NCBI GenBank assembly: GCA_000960865.2
Contig: JZWU02000030.1
Location: 1 to 18,199, forward strand
Length of the DNA stretch: 18,199 bases
DNA from: Vulcanisaeta sp. AZ3
Lineage (GTDB): Archaea; Thermoproteota; Thermoprotei; Thermoproteales; Thermocladiaceae
Reading direction: 5' to 3'
Notes under the pieces: generated by a model
Seen by the model: only the letters and a program-made list of their open reading frames with translations
Database searches by the model: none
Told to the model about the DNA's origin: nothing
Program-made: the position numbers and the translations under genes
Part shown: piece after piece, positions 8,016-15,302 of the stretch
Layout: the number at the start of each line of letters is the position of its first letter
Numbering within the stretch: the first letter of the stretch is position 1

Positions 8016-8486
8016 TTACTTAGATTGCTGCGATTGGGCACATTTACCCAGAGCCTTTAGTAGGGCTAGTGCAATGCCAAGCCCCCTCTGTACATCCTTA
8101 TCTCCCATGGCTCTCCAAAGACCCAATAATCCACCCACCGGCTGAACATTACTTAAATCAATACTCTTACCTAAACACCCACCCAGATCTTGCATCAAAC
8201 CCTTCAACTTAAGGACATCTTGAGTATCTAATCTATTCATCGTCTGTAGACTGCCATCTACTAATATGGACAATAATTTAAACACAGCGGGATCTTGGAA
8301 TAGATACTGTAGTACCTCGTCAAACCTATTAACTACGATCATTAACGCATCAATAACACCGCTTCTCTTCAATTCAAGTAATTGATCAAGCAAGCCTCTC
8401 ACATCATCAATATTTTCAACAAGTATATTCAGTGCTTCTGCAAGTTTCTCATCCGGGCTCTTCTCAACTTGTTGAGTCTGTGCCAT
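8016..8486 (-). CDS. DUF1641-family protein, partner of the SQR-like flavoprotein
   Basis: Helical protein with LLELKRSGVID and C-terminal VGGLLGLWRAMGDKDVQRGLGIALALLKALG, the typical DUF1641 signature. Located 11 nt downstream of the flavoprotein gene. Confidence 0.85.
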   Translation of the reverse strand: MAQTQQVEKSPDEKLAEALNILVENIDDVRGLLDQLLELKRSGVIDALMIVVNRFDEVLQYLFQDPAVFKLLSILVDGSLQTMNRLDTQDVLKLKGLMQDLGGCLGKSIDLSNVQPVGGLLGLWRAMGDKDVQRGLGIALALLKALGKCAQSQQSK

Positions 8487-8492
8487 GACGAC

Positions 8493-8499
8493 TCACCTC
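8493..8499 (-). promoter_or_regulatory. Shine-Dalgarno site of the DUF1641 gene
   Basis: Minus-strand GAGGTGA overlaps the upstream TGA stop and ends 6 nt before ATG 8486, supporting a two-gene operon. Confidence 0.75.
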
Positions 8500-9667
8500 A
8501 CATTGTTGTTGCAAGCCAGGTCTTATAAAATAGATCCTTAATTAACCTACCAAGTGGTGATGTCAATATGCTATAACAACTACCTATCCAAGCGGCCTTA
8601 TTATTATTAAGATCAAGCTTTACGTCGCAATTGAACATCATGCCTAAATCACCGTAGTCCATAGCGCATGCCATAGCATTTATTTGTGCGGGCTCTATGG
8701 GTTCACCAATTATTTCACCTGCTATTAATGTGGCACTGGCGAGAGATGTGAAGTGTACGGGCACACCTGCTGTTGGCAATCCAATGTATGGCATTGAATG
8801 CTCACCGGGTAGGTAAACATCATCATATTTAAGGCTCCTCCCAGTATATACATTTATGGCAGTCCACTTACCAACGGGTGTCTCTGCAATCAGTGGTGTA
8901 TCCTCAAATGGCTTGGGAAGTCTTGATGGTGGAACCACGATTAAGAGGTCATATTTGTATTTCTCGCCGTTAGCTAGCTCTACCACCTTCTCCTTATCAT
9001 TAACTGTTTCAGGTTTAATACCACCAACGTAATGTATGCCCTTCCTTGCAAAGGTCTCCTCCGTTATCTTAACGGCCTCAGGACCCAGGGGCTGTATTGG
9101 TTTTTCAAAAGGATGTAGAAGCGTTATCTCAACTCTATCCCTAATACCCCTCTTCCTAAAGAGGGTATCAAGTTGAGCAACCATTTCGAAGGGGTAAACA
9201 CCACATCTATAAACAGGCTCTGGCGTGAAGAGTACAACCTTACCACCATTGAATGATTTTAAGGCATCCTTAAGCTTCAATGCTCCATCAATTGTGAAGT
9301 TGTGATAACCAACCCCTAGATTGTATGATTGGAAGTCGAAGGATGTGCCTAGGCTTGCGAGTAAGTAGTCGTAGTTGAACTTTCCTTGGTCAGTCTCTAC
9401 AACCCTATTGTCGGGATCTATCTTAGTTACGGTGGCCTTAACGACCTTAACTCCCCTCTTGGTAATCATAGATAGAGGCAATTGGGCTTTACTAGGTTCC
9501 ATATCGCCGAATGCTATATTCACAAGTAATGGTGGCAGTAGATAGTAATCTGTATCGTTTATGAGCGTTATCTCCACATCGGCCCTACCGCTCACTCTCT
9601 CAGCTATTCTCTTGGCAGCAACAACACCACCAACACCACCACCAACCACCAATACCCTCTTGGGCAT
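8498..9667 (-). CDS. sqr: Sulfide:quinone oxidoreductase-like FAD-dependent oxidoreductase (type III SQR/FCSD-like)
   Basis: Rossmann VVGGGVGG, YDYLLASLG, first catalytic Cys in YRCGVYPFE (equivalent to CPxAPxE), second in MACAMDYG (equivalent to CxxExG), and a C-terminal amphipathic helix GRLIKDLFYKTWL. Paired with DUF1641. Confidence 0.75.
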   Translation of the reverse strand: MPKRVLVVGGGVGGVVAAKRIAERVSGRADVEITLINDTDYYLLPPLLVNIAFGDMEPSKAQLPLSMITKRGVKVVKATVTKIDPDNRVVETDQGKFNYDYLLASLGTSFDFQSYNLGVGYHNFTIDGALKLKDALKSFNGGKVVLFTPEPVYRCGVYPFEMVAQLDTLFRKRGIRDRVEITLLHPFEKPIQPLGPEAVKITEETFARKGIHYVGGIKPETVNDKEKVVELANGEKYKYDLLIVVPPSRLPKPFEDTPLIAETPVGKWTAINVYTGRSLKYDDVYLPGEHSMPYIGLPTAGVPVHFTSLASATLIAGEIIGEPIEPAQINAMACAMDYGDLGMMFNCDVKLDLNNNKAAWIGSCYSILTSPLGRLIKDLFYKTWLATTM

Positions 9668-9674
9668 ACGAACC

Positions 9675-9690
9675 GAGAAAGTGCTTTCTC
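9675..9690. promoter_or_regulatory. Palindromic candidate operator GAGAAAG-TG-CTTTCTC
   Basis: Perfect 7-bp arms with a 2-bp spacer, between the minus-strand TATA (CTTAAATA, 9699-9706) and ATG 9667. Confidence 0.55.
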
Positions 9691-9791
9691 CAAAGTACTA
9701 TTTAAGCATTTTCTTAATTCTTATTAAAATTATATTTTTACTTTAGTATCATGAAGTCAGAAAGCTTAATTAGAGACGTATTATTAAGCAT

Positions 9792-9850
9792 AATGTGGTG
9801 AGGGATTATCAGTCTGATTGTATTCATGACGAGGGAGGTGAAAACTGACT
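9792..9850 (+). ncRNA. Box C/D sRNA (2'-O-methylation guide)
   Basis: Box C GTGGTGA 9795-9801, 12-nt guide, D' CTGA 9814-9817, 8-nt loop, C' ATGACGA 9826-9832, 12-nt guide, D CTGA 9845-9848. Upstream AAAG-CTTAATTA (9761-9772) has promoter spacing. Intergenic. Confidence 0.72.
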
Positions 9851-9955
9851 ATTAATTCGATAAAAGGCTACAGATAACATTGCCTAACTTATTTTTAGAT
9901 ATTTAAGTGGGGAGCCTCACGATAATTATTAAAGGATTTCTTTTAGGCTCTTATT

Positions 9956-9973
9956 GTTAGAAGTGTTTTTAAG
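9956..9973 (+). promoter_or_regulatory. BRE/TATA promoter of the ABC permease
   Basis: GTTAGAAGTGTTTTTAAG, with the TATA box ending about 27 nt before ATG 10000. Confidence 0.6.
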
Positions 9974-9999
9974 TATGCGATCCGTGATTATACGATTGC

Positions 10000-11160
10000 A
10001 TGAGCTTAAGGACTCTCCTTACAATGTCCATTAGGAACCTTGGTAGTAGGAGGGTGAGGGTTATCCTTACAATGCTTGCTATAGTCTATAGTGTGGCTTT
10101 GATGATAACTCTTGAGACTCTAACCTACGGCTTTAAGATTGCTGTTGTTAATGAGGTTGAGAATATATTACCTACGGACCTTATGGTCTACTCAGAGAGT
10201 GTGTCAATACCTGAGGCTGTGACTCAAGTAATAGCGAAATTACCTCATGTTGCTTATGTAGTGCCAGCCATAATACTCAGTACAGCACAGGTAAATGGAC
10301 AGACGGTTACGTTAATTGGCATACCGAATAACTACTTCTCATACTTTGAAGTGCATATGGTGAGCGGTTCCTTACCCATGAGTAATGGTGAGGCGATAAT
10401 ACAAGATACATTGACTAATAAGGATAATCTTAGTATTGGCGATATTATATATGTTCAAGTACTCACGGGGATTCAAGGTGGCACTGAGGTAATACCACTT
10501 AAAGTCACCGGAACCTTCAGTAGTATATTGGGCGGATTCCTAGGCTTTCATTTAAACATGATTGTGACATCGATAACCACGTTACAGAGTGGCCTTGATG
10601 ATGAGGGCTTCGTGAATGCCATATTTATTAAGTTGACTGAGGAAAACCCCGAATACCTTAATCAACTGGCCACAGCTCTAAGTAAGTATTTCCCGAACGC
10701 CAATATTTACGAACAGAGTTCCGTGTTGAGTTCAATCTCTAATGCCGTATCTATGGTGAACTTGTTTTTCATCGTGATAATAGCCCTAAGTTTGATCGTA
10801 ACTGGGCTTAGTGTTGCTAATACTGCTATAATGAACGTTAGAGAGAGGACTAGAGAGATCGGCATACTGAAGGCCCTTGGGGCCTCCAATAGACAGGTAA
10901 TTATGATTTTCTTACTTGAGATCTTAATAATGAGCGTCATTGGCTCGGTGTTGGGGATAATCCTTGGTATAGCGGGTGCGTATCTAGCTAGGTACATAAT
11001 GATCAAGTTGAACGTACCAATAATAATACCCGTAATACTACTGCCAACACTCTATGTATACTCTTTAGTCATTGCTATAGCCACCTCTATCATGGCATCA
11101 GTACCATCTTTAATAGCTATAACGAGGATCAGACCCATGGAAGTCTTGAGGATTGAGTAG
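10000..11160 (+). CDS. MacB/FtsX/SalY-family ABC transporter permease
   Basis: N-terminal RNLGSRRVRVILTMLAI plus TM1, a large extracellular domain, then ANTAIMNVRERTREIGILKALGAS, three more TMs and terminal IRPMEVLRIE. Confidence 0.92.
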   Translation: MSLRTLLTMSIRNLGSRRVRVILTMLAIVYSVALMITLETLTYGFKIAVVNEVENILPTDLMVYSESVSIPEAVTQVIAKLPHVAYVVPAIILSTAQVNGQTVTLIGIPNNYFSYFEVHMVSGSLPMSNGEAIIQDTLTNKDNLSIGDIIYVQVLTGIQGGTEVIPLKVTGTFSSILGGFLGFHLNMIVTSITTLQSGLDDEGFVNAIFIKLTEENPEYLNQLATALSKYFPNANIYEQSSVLSSISNAVSMVNLFFIVIIALSLIVTGLSVANTAIMNVRERTREIGILKALGASNRQVIMIFLLEILIMSVIGSVLGIILGIAGAYLARYIMIKLNVPIIIPVILLPTLYVYSLVIAIATSIMASVPSLIAITRIRPMEVLRIE

Positions 11161-11162
11161 TC

Positions 11163-12524
11163 TCATGAGATTAAGTCCATACCGCTTATTATCCTTGAGT
11201 CAACCCTATATTTAATGCCCAACTCCTCACTTTCTATTAATTCACCAAATAATCTCTGTGGCGTGGCGTTGGTTATTTTGACTTTAACAAAGGCTCCTAC
11301 GTCAGCCTTCATAACGGCTATTGGTTTATAATTGTATGAACGTACCACGTAATTCTTACCCTTGAAATCAACCTCGCTTACTATACCCCACATAATCTTA
11401 TCAATGAACAGTTTATTTCTCTCTAAAGCTACGCTGTTGAAGATCTCAGTTGCCACCTTACTCCTCTCCTTTTTGACCTGCTCAGGCACCTGCTTCATGT
11501 ATGCGGCCTCGGTGAAGGGTCTACGGCTGTAACGGGCCAAATTAACTTTATCAATCCCCAACTCCTTAACTAACTCAATACTGGCCCAGAAATCCTCGTC
11601 AGACTCTCCAGGGAACCCAACAATTATGTCTATTGCAATCGTGGCCTCGGGTATTACTGACCTTATCCTCTTCACAATATCCTTGAAGAGTTCCACGGAA
11701 TACTTCCTCCTCATGAACATTAACATGCGATCACTACCGCTCTGCACGGGTATATGGAAGAACTTGTAAACCCTCCAATCATTCCTCACAATATCAAGGA
11801 GCCTATCTAATATTCGACTTAGTTCCAGTGGCTCCATCATCCCAAGCCTAACCATATATCTACCCTCGACCCTCCTTAACAACTCCTCAAGGAGATCAGC
11901 AAGGTCATAACCCTTATCACGACCATAAGCACTTATTTCCTGACCTGTTAGGTATATCTCACGGGCGCCCTTAATAACTGCGTTCTTAACGGCATTCACT
12001 ATGCTATCTTTATCATAGCTCTTGACAATACCGAAGCCCATTCTACCAATCTTAGTAACACAGAAGCTACAATTACCTAAGCAACCAATTTGTATTGGAG
12101 CCACGTATCTATGTCCATGGATTTCAGGATAATAAGTTGGTAGGTATCTCATTGGCCTATTACTATACACATGAATATCGGATGATGAATCCCTAACAAC
12201 CTCGTCAATGAACTCTGCACCATGTGATGTTACAAGTATTGCATCTGGTACGATTTCCTTTATTGTTGATGGCCTAACCCTTGTTAGGCAGCCAGTCACT
12301 ATTAACTTCTTATTAGGATCCTCCTTCCTTAACCTACTAAGTAACTTTAATTCATTCCTCTCTGCCTCCTCCCTAACGGCGCATGTATTGACAATAATGA
12401 CATTAGCATGCTTAGCATCATCCACGTATTCCCAACCTAATTCTTTAAGTCTCGTAATTATTATATCACTATCCGCCTTATTTAACCAACATCCAAATGT
12501 GATTACTGTAAATTTATCATCCAT
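11163..12524 (-). CDS. mtaB: tRNA methylthiotransferase, archaeal MtaB/CDKAL1-like (MiaB family radical SAM)
   Basis: UPF0004 cysteines TFGCWLN, NTCAVR and VTGCL, radical SAM motif CLGNCSFC, HIPVQSGSD, DIIVGFPGE, YSRRPFT and a C-terminal TRAM-like region. ATG 12524 fits the TATA TTTATAAG at 12551-12558 (minus). Confidence 0.9.
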   Translation of the reverse strand: MDDKFTVITFGCWLNKADSDIIITRLKELGWEYVDDAKHANVIIVNTCAVREEAERNELKLLSRLRKEDPNKKLIVTGCLTRVRPSTIKEIVPDAILVTSHGAEFIDEVVRDSSSDIHVYSNRPMRYLPTYYPEIHGHRYVAPIQIGCLGNCSFCVTKIGRMGFGIVKSYDKDSIVNAVKNAVIKGAREIYLTGQEISAYGRDKGYDLADLLEELLRRVEGRYMVRLGMMEPLELSRILDRLLDIVRNDWRVYKFFHIPVQSGSDRMLMFMRRKYSVELFKDIVKRIRSVIPEATIAIDIIVGFPGESDEDFWASIELVKELGIDKVNLARYSRRPFTEAAYMKQVPEQVKKERSKVATEIFNSVALERNKLFIDKIMWGIVSEVDFKGKNYVVRSYNYKPIAVMKADVGAFVKVKITNATPQRLFGELIESEELGIKYRVDSRIISGMDLIS

Positions 12525-12550
12525 GAACAATCATTAGTGGGCACAACGTA

Positions 12551-12585
12551 CTTATAAACCTAAGCAGGTTAGCAGTGTTTTTAAA
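12551..12585. promoter_or_regulatory. Back-to-back divergent BRE/TATA promoters (mtaB and surface protein)
   Basis: Minus-strand AGGTTTATAAG (12551-12561) and plus-strand TTTTTAAA (12578-12585), each about 25-30 nt from its ATG. Confidence 0.6.
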
Positions 12586-12608
12586 GGGGGACACCGTAAG
12601 TTCACGGA

Positions 12609-14576
12609 ATGATAATTACAGCATTGATATTGCAAGCGGTAATAATGGCGTTAGGCATAGATCCACAGACACCCATATCGGTTAGTAATGTAACGTTTTA
12701 CTACGGAATATACGCCGAACCAGTCATTAATAATACTGTGGTCTATACCGGCATCAATATAAATAATACCTTATCAATTATTGTGGTAAATAATGCGCAA
12801 TTACCAATAAATATGACATACACGCTTAATGTTGGCAATTACTTAAGCAAAGGGTCAAAAACACTACAGCCTGGGAGTAATGTAGTGAATATAACAGTAC
12901 CTGCCCTACCCCAGGGTACGTATAACGCGTCTTTAAGAATATCCGTAATTGGTTACTCCATCACTTATCACTTCACGGTGGTTTCTTTAGTACCAGGTAT
13001 AAAGGTGAGTAGTATGATTACAAAACTCTACAGTGGATTACCACAGCAAGTTAGTATTAGTATAATCAACGCGACACCAATACCGATAGACTCAGTATCA
13101 ATAGTAGTAATAGGGATTAACTCCGAGGTGAGTACTAGTACGATCAGTGCTAAACCACCAACTCAAATCAGAATGACAATAACACCAGGCTCCTACCTCA
13201 AAGGGAATGCAACACTCATGCTTAAGGCTGTGTATGTTGATGCAGGGGGATACACATGGACGCAGAACTATACCTTAGCATTTACAGTTGTACAAACACC
13301 AGTGAAACTTACGATAAATGCAACATCACCCGTAAGCTATGGAAGTAGCTTACCAATAACTATTAAGGCATTAACACCAATAGGACCGTTATCAAATCAG
13401 CAAATGCTTATATACGTCGATAATAATTACATAACATCAGTATTAACGAACAGCAACGGTGTGGCAACATACTCCTTACCAATTAATTATAGTGTTGGTT
13501 ATCATACATTAACTGTTGCCTTCACGAACACTACTTATTTCCAGAGGGCTACTGTTAATTATACATTCATAGTCGTACCAGGCACAGTGTACATAATTGC
13601 CTATACCAACAGTAGCAATATAATGTATGGAAACACTATTAGTATAAACATATGGCTATCACCACCAATATCAGGAGGTACATTGACAATTAGCTATGTA
13701 ATTAATGGGCAATCATCAACCATAGGGAGTTACACACCAGTTAATGGCCGAGTCCAAGTTACATGGACACCACCACAGGCTGGCACGTACATAATAACTA
13801 TCTATTATCAAAACCCACCAGATTATCTACCGAGCTCAACAAATCTAACGTTAACTGTGAATAAGGCGCTCTGTACATTATCAATATTGATAAGTGGAAC
13901 GCCTGAGGTATTCCATAGTGTATCAATAATAGGTATTATGAAGCCTGCAATAATTAATGCGGGAATTAATATATTGATTACAGGCCAAGGCTCTTCCTTC
14001 AGTGGCTTAATGTACATAAACTCCAGCGGGGTTGGTAAGTATGTATTCACGCCACAATTACCTGGACAATACAATATTGTCATATCATGGCCGGGAAACA
14101 TAAATTATAAGGCTTGTAGTAGTACCACACAGCTTAATATTGGAAAGGCTTCATTGAATATGACAATACATGAAGAAAGTAGGGGTTTAATCGCATCTGG
14201 TGGTTATATAACATTCCGCCTCAACTTAACCACAGATATACCCATTAATTATGTCAGCGGTAATATAATAATAATGGTTGAGAGAGGTAATAAGACTGTG
14301 AATACACTCACAGTACCAATCACGAGTAATAACTTAACGAGTACAATACTGTTTTACAAGCCGGGTAATTATAGGGTAATGATTATGTATCCAGGTAATG
14401 AGTATGTGAATTCAGTAACATATGGTCCTTATTATGTAACAGTTCTACCTGGTCTCTTCGGTATACCCTGGTACATACTCACGGCATACCTATTACCCCT
14501 AGGCCTCGGCATGATCATCGGCATTATGGTAAACCGTAAATTATACGAGGGCAATCGTGCTAGTAATCACGGCTAA
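12609..14576 (+). CDS. Membrane-anchored cell-surface glycoprotein with tandem Ig-like (Big-type) domains
   Basis: Hydrophobic N-terminal signal, beta-rich composition high in I/T/N/Y/S with few charges, about 20 N-x-S/T sequons, four repeats ending in a loose G-x-Y/H-...-Y/W/F-x-G-N-x2-Y pattern, and a C-terminal TM followed by a basic tail (NRK). Confidence 0.8.
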   Translation: MIITALILQAVIMALGIDPQTPISVSNVTFYYGIYAEPVINNTVVYTGININNTLSIIVVNNAQLPINMTYTLNVGNYLSKGSKTLQPGSNVVNITVPALPQGTYNASLRISVIGYSITYHFTVVSLVPGIKVSSMITKLYSGLPQQVSISIINATPIPIDSVSIVVIGINSEVSTSTISAKPPTQIRMTITPGSYLKGNATLMLKAVYVDAGGYTWTQNYTLAFTVVQTPVKLTINATSPVSYGSSLPITIKALTPIGPLSNQQMLIYVDNNYITSVLTNSNGVATYSLPINYSVGYHTLTVAFTNTTYFQRATVNYTFIVVPGTVYIIAYTNSSNIMYGNTISINIWLSPPISGGTLTISYVINGQSSTIGSYTPVNGRVQVTWTPPQAGTYIITIYYQNPPDYLPSSTNLTLTVNKALCTLSILISGTPEVFHSVSIIGIMKPAIINAGINILITGQGSSFSGLMYINSSGVGKYVFTPQLPGQYNIVISWPGNINYKACSSTTQLNIGKASLNMTIHEESRGLIASGGYITFRLNLTTDIPINYVSGNIIIMVERGNKTVNTLTVPITSNNLTSTILFYKPGNYRVMIMYPGNEYVNSVTYGPYYVTVLPGLFGIPWYILTAYLLPLGLGMIIGIMVNRKLYEGNRASNHG

Positions 14577-15201
14577 GCTTAACAATGACCTTAGGCAGTT
14601 CTGCGACGCTCCTGATAATGAGTTTTGTAGGGAAATTATTAGTCCATGTGGCAACGCCTATATTTATTGTGCCTAAGCCATTAACCATTAGTATGTCCCT
14701 TGGATGATCAGTTACATATACAGTCATTTGGGGCTCCGTGCCAAGCATATCCAAGGCCTTCCTAATAAGGTCACGTTTATTATGCCCTGGACCCAAGTCG
14801 CCTAGGGACACGCATCCCTCAATTAGTTGTGCAAATCCGTAATACCTAAGTTCATCAGTCATGCGCCAGCACTCTAGCTCTCTACCTGTGGCTATTAATA
14901 ACCTCTTACCCATATCATGGAGTGCACGGAGGGCGTCTAAGACTCTTGGAAATACTTGCCCATAATCTCTCTTCTTCATATATTCGAGCCAGCACTCATG
15001 CCAGAATTGGAAGTCATTGGATAGTTCCTGAAGTACCTCACTCAATGACGGATCCCTATAGTAAATACTCAGTAAATAATTAACACTTACATTGATCCTC
15101 TTACCATACTTTGCTGCATGTTCTATAACAATACTCAGGAACTTAGGTAATGTGTTAACTAGGGTCATGTCGAGATCTAATATTAATGCCTTAACGATCA
15201 T
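14560..15201 (-). CDS. HAD-superfamily hydrolase (phosphoglycolate phosphatase-like)
   Basis: Motif I LDLDMTL, motif II ATGR, motif III K in HNKRD and motif IV YVTDHPRD. 17-nt convergent overlap with the surface protein gene. Confidence 0.9.
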   Translation of the reverse strand: MIVKALILDLDMTLVNTLPKFLSIVIEHAAKYGKRINVSVNYLLSIYYRDPSLSEVLQELSNDFQFWHECWLEYMKKRDYGQVFPRVLDALRALHDMGKRLLIATGRELECWRMTDELRYYGFAQLIEGCVSLGDLGPGHNKRDLIRKALDMLGTEPQMTVYVTDHPRDILMVNGLGTINIGVATWTNNFPTKLIIRSVAELPKVIVKLSRDY

Positions 15202-15302
15202 GGTGAGGGAATATTCAGACCCCTATCTCACTAATAAACCATTCCCTATATTAATAGGTGGCGGGGCATAGTAATATAAATAAAATATTAACCTAAACCT
15301 TA

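Noticed and set aside
9561-9746. 61-aa plus-strand ORF with a PTPPPT stretch
   Set aside because: It is the antisense reading of the GGGVGG codons of the flavoprotein, running into AT-rich promoter DNA.
9826-9855. Mini-ORF MTREVKTDY and GGAGGTGA as a ribosome-binding site
   Set aside because: Only 9 codons, and no canonical start codon follows the SD-like motif at a usable distance. The C/D box layout explains the sequence better.
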